From a virus: a DNA stretch of 64,000 nucleotides. The stretch lies in IMG/VR virus record IMGVR_UViG_3300045988_101018, positions 32,001-96,000 of that record, one strand, 5' to 3'. The number at the start of each line of letters is the position of its first letter. Position 1 is the first letter of the stretch. The notes under the pieces are model-generated. The model saw only the letters and a list, made by a program, of their open reading frames with translations. It had not been told where the DNA came from and did no database searches. Position numbers and translations under genes: made by a program. Of the stretch, positions 1 to 10,557 are shown piece by piece.

Positions 1-3000
1 TTGCAAAAAATCCGGATCTTTTAGATGGGCTTGAAGATACGCAAAAACAGGTTGTTGTTGATTTTGTTAAAAATACAAAAGATATAGATAGTTACACGCC
101 AGAACAATTAACGTCAATTGTTAATTTTGTTAAAAATTCTAGTGATGTTGATAATTACACTCCAGCCGAGAAGCAAGCAATCGCTAAGTATGCTGTTGAT
201 GGCGGAGACGTAAATAACTATCAGCCAGCAGACAGAGCTGCAATTGTTAAATTCCTAACTAACTCTGCTGACCCAGATAGTTACACGCCAGAACAAAAGC
301 AGGCAATTGCAAAATTCTTGAAAGACTCTGGTGAAGTAGATGGGTATCAGCCCGGGCAAAAAGAAGCCATTGCAAGATTTTTAAAAGACAGTTCGCAACC
401 AGATTCTTATCAGCCAAATGATAAAAATGCAACTGCGTCATATGGTGTTGATAGTTCAAAGGTTGATTCTTATACACCTCCGACAAAAACTGGTGTTGTG
501 AATTATGTTGCTAATGTAATTGGTTCGGTGGCTGGCAAGGTAAAAGAGATTGTTGGCGGCGGTGTCGCAAATGGCACTGCCCATGCAAACGGAACGGCGT
601 TTGCGCAAGGTAATTGGGGTACAAAAGAAAATGGCACGGCTCTTATGGGCGAGCTTGGGCAAGAAGTTATTGTAAGAGACGGTCATTTCTTTACGGTTGG
701 CGATAACGGCGCTGAGTTTGTAAAATATAAAAAAGGCGATATAGTCTTTAATCATAAACAATCTGAGGAATTGTTTAAGAATGGTTATGTTACAAGTGGT
801 GGTGGTCGCGGCAAAGCCTTGGTATCTGGCACTGCATTTGGTCGTGGTTCTGGCGGCATTGGACGTGCCAATAAAGGCTCCTCTGTAAAGACAAGCTCAT
901 CTTCCTCTTCTGGTTCAAAGTCTTCTTCCTCATCCTCTTCTAACTCTAACTCAAATTCTAGCGCTAATAAAGAAGCTGAGAAGTTTGAGGAAACTCTTGA
1001 CTGGATTGAGACTGCCTTAGATCGTGTTGAAAGAGCAATTTCAAAACTTGATAAGACCGCCACCAGTACATATAAGAATTGGACTAAGCGCGGTACTGCT
1101 CTCAACGACCAGATTAGTCAAACCAGAAGAGAAATCGACCTACAGAATCAGGCTTATAATCGCTATATTCAGCAAGCGAACTCTGTTGGCCTTGATGCTG
1201 GTTATGCCGCGAAGGTGCGAGACGGTACAATAGACATCGAGAAAATTACAGACGAAGACCTTAATAATAAGATTTCTGAGTATAAGCAGTGGTATGAGAA
1301 AGCGCTAGATTGTTTAGATGCTATTGATGATTTGCGTGAAAGCGAATCCAAACTATATGAGCAGAGATTCGAAAACGTCTCTACTAAGTACGATGGATAT
1401 CTTGGTGTAATTCAACATGAGAAAGACATGCTTGATGAGTTTGTGTCTCAGACCGAGACTGCTGGATATATTACCTCTGGTAAATATTACGATGCAATGT
1501 CTGCCAACGCTAAGAAACAGCAGGAAGAGCTTAAGAAGCAACGTGACGAAATGATTTCTGAGCTTAATAACGCCGTTAATAGTGGCACTATTGAAAAGTA
1601 CGGCGAGTCTTGGTATAACATGGTCAATTCAATTGATGATGTTACTAAGTCCATTGAAGAGTGCAACACTTCACTTCTTGAGTATCAGAAGAATCTTCGT
1701 GAGCTAGATTGGCAAATCTTTGGTTTGGTTCAGGATAAGATTTCTAAGGTTGCCGATGAATCTGAATTCCTGATTAATCTCATGAGCAATAAAAAGCTTT
1801 ATGAGGATAACGGTCAGCTTACCGATGAGGGTATGGCATCTATGGGTCAGTACGGCGTTAAATATAACGTGTATATGGCTCAGGCTGATAAGTATGCTAA
1901 GAAGATTAAAGAACTTCAGGCAGACCTTGCTAAAGACCCATATAATCAGGATATTGCAAATCAGTTACAAGAGTATATCGAAGCTCAGCAGGAAGCCATT
2001 CTTAATGCAGAGGACATGAAGAACTCTATTAAGGACATGGTTTCTGATGGTATTGATAAGGAGCTTGATTCATTACAGAAGCTTATTGATAAGCGCAATG
2101 ATGCTCTTGACGCAGCCAAGGATTTATATGACTATCAGAAAAAGATAAAGGAAAGCACAAAGGATATCGCAAACCTTGAGAAGCAGATGGCTGCATATCA
2201 GGGTGATGTATCTGAAGAGACTAAGGCTAAGATTCAGCAAATCAAGGTAGACCTTGAAGAAGCTAAGTCTGACTTAGAGGAGACGGAATACGAACAGTAC
2301 ATTTCCGACCAACAAAAGATGCTCGATGATTTATATACTGATTACGAAACCATTCTAAATCAACGTCTTGATGATATTGATGCTCTTATGGCTGATATGA
2401 TTTCTGAGATTAATAACAATGCTTCTACTATTGGAGCCACGATAGAATCTCAGGCTGATAAGGTTGGCTATACTTTGTCTGAGTCTATGAATACAATTTG
2501 GCTTTCTGGTAATGGCAGTATATCAAATGTAATCACAACGTATGGTACGAAATTTGATACGGCTTTGACAACTACCAATACCGCTCTTGGATATATCAAT
2601 ACCAATATCCAGAATATGATTGCACAGCTGAATAAGATTGCTGGTACAAAGATAAAGGCGGCTGGTGCTTCTGCTGCAACGGAGAAGCCAACGCCAAAGC
2701 CCTCTTCTACTCCTACTCAGCAGCAGCAGCAACAACAGCAGAAAAAACAAATAACTGTTGGTGGCACGATTAACGCTGGCGGTGCTAGGATTTACGCAGA
2801 CTCTTATGGCAATGGTGGCGGCAGACAGACATTTGGCAGCGACCCAATCTATACCGTTTTACAGGAACGCAATGGTTATATCTTAACTCGTTGGCACAAG
2901 CTTTCAAGTGGATATACTGGTTGGTTTAAGAAATCTGATGTTAGCGCATACGCACTTGGCGCTAAGAATATCAGAAACAATGAGATGGCTTGGACTCAGG

Positions 3001-3365
3001 AAGACGGTTCTGAGATGATTATGCGCCCATCTGACGGAGCTATCTTGACTCCTCTTGCTAAGAATGATAGCGTGCTTACATCTGCTGCAAGCTCTAATAT
3101 CTGGAATATGGCAAACAATCCATCTGACTTTATCAAAGACAATCTTAATTTTGATAAGATTGATACTGGTGCTAATGTTGGAAACAAGACAACATACACT
3201 CAGAATCTTGACAAGGTTGTATTCAATCTGCCTAATGTCAAGAATTATGACGAACTGCTTAAGTCTATGCAGCATGATAAGAATTTTGAGCGTCTTATTA
3301 TGGCTATGACAATTGACCCCCTTGCAGGTAAGAGCAGCTTAGCAAAGGGCAAGGCGATTCGTTAA
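1..3365 (+). CDS. tail tape-measure protein (5' partial; frame open from nt 3 to TAA at 3363-3365)
   Basis: Over 1100 codons with no stop from the window start. Seven 21-aa tandem repeats (D-x-Y-T/Q-P-x-x-K-x-A-I-A-K-F-L-K-D-S). Gly-rich, Ser-rich, poly-Q and long coiled-coil segments. Followed by Dit/Tal-like genes. Confidence 0.6.
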   Translation, partial: AKNPDLLDGLEDTQKQVVVDFVKNTKDIDSYTPEQLTSIVNFVKNSSDVDNYTPAEKQAIAKYAVDGGDVNNYQPADRAAIVKFLTNSADPDSYTPEQKQAIAKFLKDSGEVDGYQPGQKEAIARFLKDSSQPDSYQPNDKNATASYGVDSSKVDSYTPPTKTGVVNYVANVIGSVAGKVKEIVGGGVANGTAHANGTAFAQGNWGTKENGTALMGELGQEVIVRDGHFFTVGDNGAEFVKYKKGDIVFNHKQSEELFKNGYVTSGGGRGKALVSGTAFGRGSGGIGRANKGSSVKTSSSSSSGSKSSSSSSSNSNSNSSANKEAEKFEETLDWIETALDRVERAISKLDKTATSTYKNWTKRGTALNDQISQTRREIDLQNQAYNRYIQQANSVGLDAGYAAKVRDGTIDIEKITDEDLNNKISEYKQWYEKALDCLDAIDDLRESESKLYEQRFENVSTKYDGYLGVIQHEKDMLDEFVSQTETAGYITSGKYYDAMSANAKKQQEELKKQRDEMISELNNAVNSGTIEKYGESWYNMVNSIDDVTKSIEECNTSLLEYQKNLRELDWQIFGLVQDKISKVADESEFLINLMSNKKLYEDNGQLTDEGMASMGQYGVKYNVYMAQADKYAKKIKELQADLAKDPYNQDIANQLQEYIEAQQEAILNAEDMKNSIKDMVSDGIDKELDSLQKLIDKRNDALDAAKDLYDYQKKIKESTKDIANLEKQMAAYQGDVSEETKAKIQQIKVDLEEAKSDLEETEYEQYISDQQKMLDDLYTDYETILNQRLDDIDALMADMISEINNNASTIGATIESQADKVGYTLSESMNTIWLSGNGSISNVITTYGTKFDTALTTTNTALGYINTNIQNMIAQLNKIAGTKIKAAGASAATEKPTPKPSSTPTQQQQQQQQKKQITVGGTINAGGARIYADSYGNGGGRQTFGSDPIYTVLQERNGYILTRWHKLSSGYTGWFKKSDVSAYALGAKNIRNNEMAWTQEDGSEMIMRPSDGAILTPLAKNDSVLTSAASSNIWNMANNPSDFIKDNLNFDKIDTGANVGNKTTYTQNLDKVVFNLPNVKNYDELLKSMQHDKNFERLIMAMTIDPLAGKSSLAKGKAIR
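75..515 (+). repeat. 63-bp tandem repeat (7 copies) inside the tape-measure gene
   Basis: The motif gat-agt-tac-acg-cca and close variants recur at 78, 141, 204, 267, 330, 393 and 456, exactly 63 nt apart. Confidence 0.7.
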
Positions 3366-3407
3366 TCCCCGAAGGCTACGGGTCGGCTTAGCCGAAGAAT
3401 ATAGCCT

Positions 3408-3446
3408 ACTTGTTGAGTGGGGAGTGATTTATATTCACTCCCCTTC
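3408..3446 (+). terminator. putative rho-independent terminator after the tape-measure gene
   Basis: Stem gtggggagtga / tcactcccc with a 7-nt loop, then ttctctttgttt. Confidence 0.45.
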
Positions 3447-3471
3447 TCTTTGTTTGAAACGAGGTAGAAGT

Positions 3472-3774
3472 ATGAATACTGGAAAAAGAAATAGAAAATC
3501 GAATATTAAAAGTAGAATTATTGAGAGACAGACAAATGAAATTGAATCTCTCAAGAAAAGAATCTCCGAGCTTGAAATAGATTGCAATGAGAAGGATGAA
3601 TTAATTAACTCTGTAGATTCTCTTCGCATTGAAATGGAACAAATCGTTGAAGACCTTAAGAATAAAGGCGAGGTATATGACAGGCTTGTCGGAGAATTAA
3701 CTGAAATGAAGAAGATTATGAATGAAGAGGTCTTTAAGGGTAGATGGAATATCATTCGTTTTCTTTTAAAATAA
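3472..3774 (+). CDS. hypothetical coiled-coil protein
   Basis: ATG preceded by aggtag. Charged heptad-like sequence. The longer track ORF 3424..3774 has no RBS. Confidence 0.35.
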   Translation: MNTGKRNRKSNIKSRIIERQTNEIESLKKRISELEIDCNEKDELINSVDSLRIEMEQIVEDLKNKGEVYDRLVGELTEMKKIMNEEVFKGRWNIIRFLLK

Positions 3775-3798
3775 ATATAACTTCGAGCGATTGGAGGT

Positions 3799-4602
3799 GT
3801 GTCGGTGAAAGCATATGACTTTGAATACGATGGTGTCAAGCTGAGCGATCTTGGGTTTATTATTTGCAAGTTTGATTCAAGCGATGTCGATACAATAGAT
3901 AATGGTTCACAGATAACTTTTAATACTGTGCCGACCTTGAACGGAATGAAGCACGAATTAACGAGTTCTACATATGAAGATTGCCTTAATACGACTTTTC
4001 AGATATGTAAGAACAAGTGCGATTCCAATCAAACCGATACAGTTTCATTCGATGAGATGCGCAACATCATGTCTTGGTTGAACAGAAAAGGCTTCCATAA
4101 ATTTAGATTACTTGACGATGAATATTCGGGTGTCTATTTTGAAGCTTCATTCAATGTAAGCAGAATTGAAGTTAACGGTATGATTTATGGGTTTGAGCTT
4201 GAGATGTTTACCAATAGACCGTTTGCCATAAGAGAGCCTGTTGTCACTACAATTAAGAATGGTTCAAATAACGGTATAAATGTTATCTACAATGAATCTG
4301 ATGAAGAAGGTTGCATTTATCCCGATATGGAAATCACCATAGAAAAAGACGGTGATTTTATAATGAAGAATTCTTTTAATAATAGAGTGATGAGAATTGC
4401 AAATTGTAAAACAGGAGAAGTTATCAAAGTGTCATATCCAGTGATTAGCTCTTCTTTGGATTCTCATAAGATACAGAACGATTTCAACTGGTCTTTCTTC
4501 AGATTGGAGAATACATTTAGAGACAAAAAGAATAAAATAACGTTGTCTCTACCGTGTGTCGTTAGGATAGCTTATTCGCCTATAGTTAAGGTTACTATAT
4601 AA
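3799..4602 (+). CDS. distal tail protein (Dit-like), called by position
   Basis: 267 aa immediately after the tape measure and before the large Tal-like gene. GGAGG lies upstream of GTG. Confidence 0.4.
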   Translation: MSVKAYDFEYDGVKLSDLGFIICKFDSSDVDTIDNGSQITFNTVPTLNGMKHELTSSTYEDCLNTTFQICKNKCDSNQTDTVSFDEMRNIMSWLNRKGFHKFRLLDDEYSGVYFEASFNVSRIEVNGMIYGFELEMFTNRPFAIREPVVTTIKNGSNNGINVIYNESDEEGCIYPDMEITIEKDGDFIMKNSFNNRVMRIANCKTGEVIKVSYPVISSSLDSHKIQNDFNWSFFRLENTFRDKKNKITLSLPCVVRIAYSPIVKVTI

Positions 4603-4607
4603 TTGGG

Positions 4608-7600
4608 GTGGTTTATATGGCTATAAAGATTGACTTTGATGCTGCTCATAATCCACAACCACCAACGATTATATTGGCAAAAAAGAATGGCGATAAACTT
4701 GGTCGAATAGATTCTGTTGAGATAGAATCAACTGATTCGATGAATGACGCTGCTGAGATATCGTTCAAAGTATATAAAACAGTAGATGAAAATAAGAATA
4801 ATCTGTGGGATGAGATTATCAATTTTAGGCTTATATATTGTTTAGAGTGGAATCAATGGTTTGAGATTACAGTTGAGACAGATGAAGATACAAAAACAGT
4901 CAAAACTGTGACTGGTACTAATCTTGGATGTGCCGAGCTGTCTCAAATCATGCTGTATGATATTGAAATTAACACTGAAGACGATATCGCAAGAGAAGAT
5001 TATGATAAAGACCATCCGACTATTTTCTATAATCCAGATAGACCAAGCTCCTCTCTTTTACATAGGCTGATGGAAAAGGCTCCGCACTATACAATAGGGC
5101 ATGTTGATTCTACAATTGCAAAGATTCAAAGAACGTTTTCTTTTGATGATAAATCTATATATGATGCTTTCCAAGATGTTGCAGAAGAAATTAAATGCCT
5201 GTTTGTGTTTGATGTTAATGCAGATAAGTATGGTAATTTAAATAGATCCGTTTCTGTTTACGACCTTGAATCAAATTGTCATGAATGTGGGTACAGAGGT
5301 GAGTATACAGATATATGTCCTAAGTGCGGTAGCGCCGATATTGATGAAGGATATGGCGAAGATACGACTATATTTGTAACGTCTGATGAGATTGCTGATA
5401 GCATTAACATGTCATTTGATACCGACTCTATCAAGAATTGTTTCAAGCTTGAGGGCGGAGACGATTTGATGACAGCCACTATTAGAAACTGCAATCCTAA
5501 TGGCAGTGATTATATCTGGTATATTTCTGACGATACTAAATATGACATGTCAAATGAGCTTGTTAGGGCTATTGATTCTTACAATAAACTATATAAAGAA
5601 TATCAGAGTGATTATGTTTATTTAAGCAATCAAGAAGATATCGTTAATAGATATAATTCTCTTGTAAGCAAATATAGCTCTAAAAGCATATATATAAAAT
5701 CATCTGCTGATGAAAGGCTGTTCAGTTCAAAAAACGAACATCTTGCAATTAAAAAAGAAGTCGGATACAACAACGACATCCAAGAGATTGAGTTGCCAGT
5801 AAAGGGCTATCCTGCTTTGATGAATGCTTATTACAATACAATTGATTTAGGACTGTATCTCACAAGCGGGTTGATGCCGACTGTTGAGATGAGCGATACC
5901 AATGCCGAGAAGGAAGCGGCAAAACTTACGGCTGCAAATCTCTCTCCTGTTGCAGTTGAAAAGATAGATAACATATCTGTCGCTACTGCCGATAGCGTTG
6001 TTTTGTCTATGGCAAAGGTAGTTGTTGATTCTACTAGGTATAGGGTCAAAGTACATGATGGCTCTACTCTTTCTGGTTCAAAGCCAGATCCAACAAGAAT
6101 ATGGACTGGTTGTTTTGATGTAATCAATTATTCTGATGAAGAAGATAAGTTTACAAGCAAAGAAATAAGCGTAACGATAAATAGCGACTATGAAACTTTT
6201 ATCAAGCAAAAGATTGACAAAACTCTTGCAAAGGAAGATAGCGAGAACAAATATGGAATTTCTGAATTATTTGATATTGACGGCTCGTTGGATGATTTTA
6301 AAAAGGAATTGCAAAAGTATTGTCTAAATAGACTCATTTCTTTCCATGATGCTTGCCAGAGCTGTATAGATATCCTTGTAGAGCAAGGTGTAAATGAAGG
6401 CTCTTCGTGGTCTAAAGAGTTATATGATAAGCTTTACACTCCATATATCGACAGAATGAATGCCATTGAAAAAGAGATGAAGACACGTCAAGATGAGATT
6501 TATCTAATATCTGGTAGACGTGATGACGATGGAGAATTAAAAGAATATGGTTTGCAGAATTATATTATCAAGGAAAAGGATAAGACGCAAGACATCCTTA
6601 ACTTCCAGCAGTATTTAACGAATTATAATGCTGGCGGCGCTAATCTGTGGCTTGAATTCTGCTCGTTCCGCAGAGAAGACAAATACTCTAATGAAAATTA
6701 TATTTCAGACGGTCTTAACAATGCCGAGTTGTTTGAGAAGGCAAACGAATTTATCAGCGTTGCCAACGATGAAATATATAAGTCTTCTGAATTGCAGACT
6801 ACAATCAGTGCAGACCTAAAGAATCTTTTGCTCATCGATAAATTTGCACCAATTGTTGATGATTTTGCTATTGGCAATTGGATTAGAGTTATGATTGATG
6901 ATAAGTTATACAAGCTTAGATTGATTGAATATACCGTAGATTATGATGACTTAGACAATATCTCGGTTGAATTCTCTGATGCGGTGCGTGTTAAAAGCAC
7001 CGTGAAGAGTATTAAGGGCGTAATAGATCAAGCTTCTTCAATGGCTACATCTTATAGCTATGTGCAAAGACAGGCTAAACAGGGTGAAAAAGGAACTACT
7101 GTTGTAAATAACTGGATTGACAATGGTCTTGATGTGACTCACACAAAGATTGTCGGCGGTTCTGATAATCAGACACAATCATGGGACAATCATGGTATGC
7201 TGTTTAGAAAGTTTGATGAAGTGTCAAATAACTATGAGCCTACGCAGATGAAGATTATCAATTCAACGATTGCTATTACCGATGATAATTGGAATACGAC
7301 AAAAACGGCTATAGGCAAATACTATTATACCGATCCCGACACTGGCGATACAGTGAGCGCCTATGGTATCAATGGCGAAACAATTATCGGTAAGTTGTTC
7401 TTAGGTAAGAATATTGAACTTCAGAATGATGCTGGAACATTGATATTCAATGAAAATGGACTAGAGGTAAGTCACGGTAAAAACAAGGTGTCTATCAGCC
7501 CCAGTAACAAAGAAGTCATCAATATTACCAGCGACAAAGATTCTGTATTTAACGTTAATGACGAAGGCAGGCTCTACATCAGCGGCGATATTATGGCTCG

Positions 7601-7979
7601 AAGCTTAGAGCTTGATACTGGTGTTAAGATTGACTCTGGCGTTATCGTCAACTTGGCAAAGGTTGCCACGTCTGGTAGCTATACTGCTTTGATTGGCGAT
7701 AAGTCTAAAAGCGGTCAAGTGCTGTCTCTTGATGAGAATGATAAAGTAGTTGCAAAACAATTGAGTTGCAATGATTTGTCTGACTTGGCATCTGTTGCTA
7801 AGTCTGGAAGCTATAATGATTTAAAAGATAAGCCATCGTTAAAGTCGGTTGCTACTTCTGGAAAGTATACTGATTTGACTGGTAGTAGTTCTGAAGCTGG
7901 TAAATTATTATATGTTGATGCAGACGGTTCTGTGACTACGATTACAATAGATAAGCTGAAAGAGCTTTTGGGTATATAA
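4608..7979 (+). CDS. tail-associated / minor structural protein (Tal-like) with C-terminal tail-fibre repeats
   Basis: 1123 aa after the Dit-like gene. The C-terminus has repeated SGSY-x-DL-x-DKP motifs (AKVATSGSYTAL, VAKSGSYNDLKDKPSL, VATSGKYTDLTG) typical of the phage tail-fibre repeat. An internal C-x-x-C...C-P-K-C zinc-ribbon-like segment is present. Confidence 0.55.
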   Translation: MVYMAIKIDFDAAHNPQPPTIILAKKNGDKLGRIDSVEIESTDSMNDAAEISFKVYKTVDENKNNLWDEIINFRLIYCLEWNQWFEITVETDEDTKTVKTVTGTNLGCAELSQIMLYDIEINTEDDIAREDYDKDHPTIFYNPDRPSSSLLHRLMEKAPHYTIGHVDSTIAKIQRTFSFDDKSIYDAFQDVAEEIKCLFVFDVNADKYGNLNRSVSVYDLESNCHECGYRGEYTDICPKCGSADIDEGYGEDTTIFVTSDEIADSINMSFDTDSIKNCFKLEGGDDLMTATIRNCNPNGSDYIWYISDDTKYDMSNELVRAIDSYNKLYKEYQSDYVYLSNQEDIVNRYNSLVSKYSSKSIYIKSSADERLFSSKNEHLAIKKEVGYNNDIQEIELPVKGYPALMNAYYNTIDLGLYLTSGLMPTVEMSDTNAEKEAAKLTAANLSPVAVEKIDNISVATADSVVLSMAKVVVDSTRYRVKVHDGSTLSGSKPDPTRIWTGCFDVINYSDEEDKFTSKEISVTINSDYETFIKQKIDKTLAKEDSENKYGISELFDIDGSLDDFKKELQKYCLNRLISFHDACQSCIDILVEQGVNEGSSWSKELYDKLYTPYIDRMNAIEKEMKTRQDEIYLISGRRDDDGELKEYGLQNYIIKEKDKTQDILNFQQYLTNYNAGGANLWLEFCSFRREDKYSNENYISDGLNNAELFEKANEFISVANDEIYKSSELQTTISADLKNLLLIDKFAPIVDDFAIGNWIRVMIDDKLYKLRLIEYTVDYDDLDNISVEFSDAVRVKSTVKSIKGVIDQASSMATSYSYVQRQAKQGEKGTTVVNNWIDNGLDVTHTKIVGGSDNQTQSWDNHGMLFRKFDEVSNNYEPTQMKIINSTIAITDDNWNTTKTAIGKYYYTDPDTGDTVSAYGINGETIIGKLFLGKNIELQNDAGTLIFNENGLEVSHGKNKVSISPSNKEVINITSDKDSVFNVNDEGRLYISGDIMARSLELDTGVKIDSGVIVNLAKVATSGSYTALIGDKSKSGQVLSLDENDKVVAKQLSCNDLSDLASVAKSGSYNDLKDKPSLKSVATSGKYTDLTGSSSEAGKLLYVDADGSVTTITIDKLKELLGI

Positions 7980-7996
7980 GAATTTGTGGTGATGTT

Positions 7997-8689
7997 GTGA
8001 ATAGGCGTATTAATAAATTAATTGTTATTTTTATCGTTACTGTTTTAGCATCATTTATGATTATGTTTGTTTCTTGTAATAGCGTGAAACAGAATACCGT
8101 TATAGAACATGATGTTGAAACACCGATATTATACGATAGGCCAGCGAAGTATGTTTTTGATGAAAAGCAGGATTTGCAAATGCCTGAACTTCCTACTGGG
8201 TGTGAAGCAACCGCCCTTGGAACACTGTTGCGAATGAACGGCGTAAATGTAACGAAGTTCGATGTCGCCGATGCTATGCCTAAAAGTGACGGAAGCGATT
8301 TCGTATATAGCTTTTGGGGAAATCCATATAGCGCCACAGACGGGTGGGCTTGCATGGCACCGTGTTCTGTGATAACTGCAAATAAATTTTTAAAAGATAC
8401 CAATAAGGTTGCAGTTGAATACACTGGTACAAACTTAACTGACTTAAAGTTCCCGTCTGCTGTATGGGTAACTATGTATTTAAATGACCCGCAGCCGTCA
8501 AACTATGAGTCAAATGGATATAGATTGTTTAGAAATCCACATTGTGTTGTTGTTACCAGAATAGAATTAGATAGCGTATATGTCATAGACCCTCTTGTTG
8601 GCGAGGTTGCGTATCCATTTGAAAGGTTTAATGATGTATATAAAAGGCTTGGATGTCAGGCAGTGTGTATAGAAATAGCAAAGAAATAA
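7997..8689 (+). CDS. putative lipoprotein with a papain/C39-like cysteine peptidase motif
   Basis: The N-terminus is hydrophobic with a lipobox-like FVSC. Motif PTGCEATALGTLLRMNG resembles the catalytic-Cys region of C39-like peptidases. Confidence 0.4.
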   Translation: MNRRINKLIVIFIVTVLASFMIMFVSCNSVKQNTVIEHDVETPILYDRPAKYVFDEKQDLQMPELPTGCEATALGTLLRMNGVNVTKFDVADAMPKSDGSDFVYSFWGNPYSATDGWACMAPCSVITANKFLKDTNKVAVEYTGTNLTDLKFPSAVWVTMYLNDPQPSNYESNGYRLFRNPHCVVVTRIELDSVYVIDPLVGEVAYPFERFNDVYKRLGCQAVCIEIAKK

Positions 8690-8710
8690 TTTGATTGGCG
8701 GTGATTATCT

Positions 8711-9112
8711 ATGAATTATATATCTGATAGAGATTATAACGCTCAGATGAAAGCTATTAAAAGAATGAATCAGAGCAAAGAACGAGAAATAAAGCTGCGC
8801 GAAGAAAGAGAAAAGTACAGTTTTAAGTTTAAGATGCCGTCAACTAGCAAGATTGTTTTATTTGTATCTTTGGTAATATGTTTGCAGATTATATTCTTCT
8901 GTGAACGACTTATGGTTGAACTTAAAGATACGAGCGCATTGTATGTGTTGTTGGGTATTCCAGCGGCAATGGCTCCAATAATTTGGGCTTATTTTAGTAA
9001 GGCCAAGGCCGAGAACACAAAAAATGGCATAGTTTATGAAACCGCTATGCGCAATCAGGCTGGTTCAGAAGATGAATCATGCGATGACGTACCAAATGAT
9101 CCGTCATTTTAA
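8711..9112 (+). CDS. small membrane protein (2 TM), holin-like
   Basis: Two hydrophobic helices (IVLFVSLVICLQIIFF and LLGIPAAMAPIIWAYF). Sits directly upstream of the holin/endolysin pair. Confidence 0.35.
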   Translation: MNYISDRDYNAQMKAIKRMNQSKEREIKLREEREKYSFKFKMPSTSKIVLFVSLVICLQIIFFCERLMVELKDTSALYVLLGIPAAMAPIIWAYFSKAKAENTKNGIVYETAMRNQAGSEDESCDDVPNDPSF

Positions 9113-9123
9113 GGAGTGATTTT

Positions 9124-9537
9124 ATGAACGTTGATTTCAATGCTTTATATGCTATTCAGAATTTTCTTCAGTTAGTCAATGATAATTGGACTGTAATTAT
9201 TGTTATCGTGGCACTTCTTATTTCTATCGGCAAGAAGGCAAAAGAATTTTTCAGCAAGTCAGATGACGAAAAGATTGCAATTGCCAAAAAGCAGGTTCAG
9301 GAGACTATGTTGAAACTGATTACTGATGCCGAGATTGATTGGCAGGATTATAAGAAAGCTGGTTCTGTCAAACGCGCTCAGGTAATCGAGGAGATTTTCG
9401 AGAAGTACCCAGTTTTATCAAAGGTTACAGACCAAGAAGCGTTAATTGCTTGGATTGACGAAACAATTGATGACGCTCTCAAGACGATGAGAGAGGTATT
9501 CACTGAAAACAAAACTGTTGAAAGTGAGGTCAAGTAA
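9124..9537 (+). CDS. putative holin (single N-terminal TM, charged C-terminal tail)
   Basis: TM segment WTVIIVIVALLISIG, then a highly charged tail. Immediately precedes the endolysin. Confidence 0.4.
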   Translation: MNVDFNALYAIQNFLQLVNDNWTVIIVIVALLISIGKKAKEFFSKSDDEKIAIAKKQVQETMLKLITDAEIDWQDYKKAGSVKRAQVIEEIFEKYPVLSKVTDQEALIAWIDETIDDALKTMREVFTENKTVESEVK

Positions 9538-9538
9538 T

Positions 9539-10456
9539 ATGAGTATTTCTAATTGTGGACACGATGAACGCAATAGATATAGCGGTGGTCAGGATGGCGA
9601 CCAGTCTAAGACAGAGTGGTATATTCGTCCTTGGTGGAATGATAGCTGGAATGTAGTGCTTAGACATCCAGACGCAAAGACTCGTGCGCTTATTGCAGAT
9701 ATGGCTATCAAAGCAGCTCAGAATAACTTAGTTGGCTATGACCAAAATGAGCGCCTTACATTTTGGAATCATCTAAAGGCATCCAATTACGATCCAGCTC
9801 AGATTACAATTAAATGTGAAGCAGATTGCTCTAGTGGCGTTGCCGCTATTGTCAAGGGTGCTGGTTATCGTCTCGGTAATACCGCTATGCAGAATGTAAA
9901 TGTGAGTATTACTACTTGGAATGAGAAGAACGCCCTTAAGGCTGCTGGCTTCCAAGTGCTTACGGATTCTAAGTATTTAACAAGCGATGCCTATCTGCTT
10001 GCTGGCGATATTCTACTTAACGAGAGTCGGCATACAGCAATCAATGTAACCAATGGAAGTAAGTCTGGTGGCTCTTCTACTGCTGTCGCCCCCTCTACAT
10101 CTGCTTCATCTGGCAAGCTGTCTGTTGATGGATATTGGGGTGTTGCGACAACAAAGGCACTTCAGAAGAGACTTGGAACCACTGCCGATGGTATCGTGAG
10201 CGGTCAGGACGCTAACAACATGGCTTCTGTAAATCGCGGAGGTCTTGAACGTGCTTCATGGAAGACTGGCAAAGGCGGCTCTCGGATGGTCAGAGCGCTA
10301 CAGAGAAAGATTGGCGTATCTGCCGATGGTTATTTCGGTAAGAATACATGTAAGGCTTTACAGCGTTATCTTGGAACCACTCAGGATGGCATTGTAAGCG
10401 CACCGTCTTCTATGGTTAAAACATTGCAGCGCAAGTTGAATGCTGGCTCGTTTTAA
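9539..10456 (+). CDS. endolysin: N-terminal Cys-containing amidase-like domain plus three C-terminal peptidoglycan-binding repeats
   Basis: ATG with a GAGG RBS. The N-terminus carries D-C-S-S-G. Three ~45-aa repeats follow (DGYWGVATTKALQKRLGTTADGIVSGQ, MVRALQRKIGVSADGYFGKNTCKALQRYLGTTQDGIVSA, MVKTLQRKL) that resemble PG_binding-type repeats. Confidence 0.6.
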   Translation: MSISNCGHDERNRYSGGQDGDQSKTEWYIRPWWNDSWNVVLRHPDAKTRALIADMAIKAAQNNLVGYDQNERLTFWNHLKASNYDPAQITIKCEADCSSGVAAIVKGAGYRLGNTAMQNVNVSITTWNEKNALKAAGFQVLTDSKYLTSDAYLLAGDILLNESRHTAINVTNGSKSGGSSTAVAPSTSASSGKLSVDGYWGVATTKALQKRLGTTADGIVSGQDANNMASVNRGGLERASWKTGKGGSRMVRALQRKIGVSADGYFGKNTCKALQRYLGTTQDGIVSAPSSMVKTLQRKLNAGSF

Positions 10457-10466
10457 ATAATATATA

Positions 10467-10502
10467 TATAAATACAGGGAGGACTTCAACCACTCCTCCC
10501 TT
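10467..10502 (+). terminator. rho-independent terminator after the endolysin
   Basis: gggagga...tcctccc stem followed by ttatctttttt. Confidence 0.5.
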
Positions 10503-10557
10503 ATCTTTTTTAATATACTAGAACGCCAACATCGAATGAAAGGCAGCGTAAATGTAA

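Noticed and set aside
259-1669. Minus-strand ORFs 259..486, 456..761, 785..1105, 1353..1541 and 1487..1669 overlapping the tape-measure gene.
   Set aside because: They are fully embedded antisense to a long, repeat-rich, well-supported gene with no RBS. They are typical spurious antisense ORFs.
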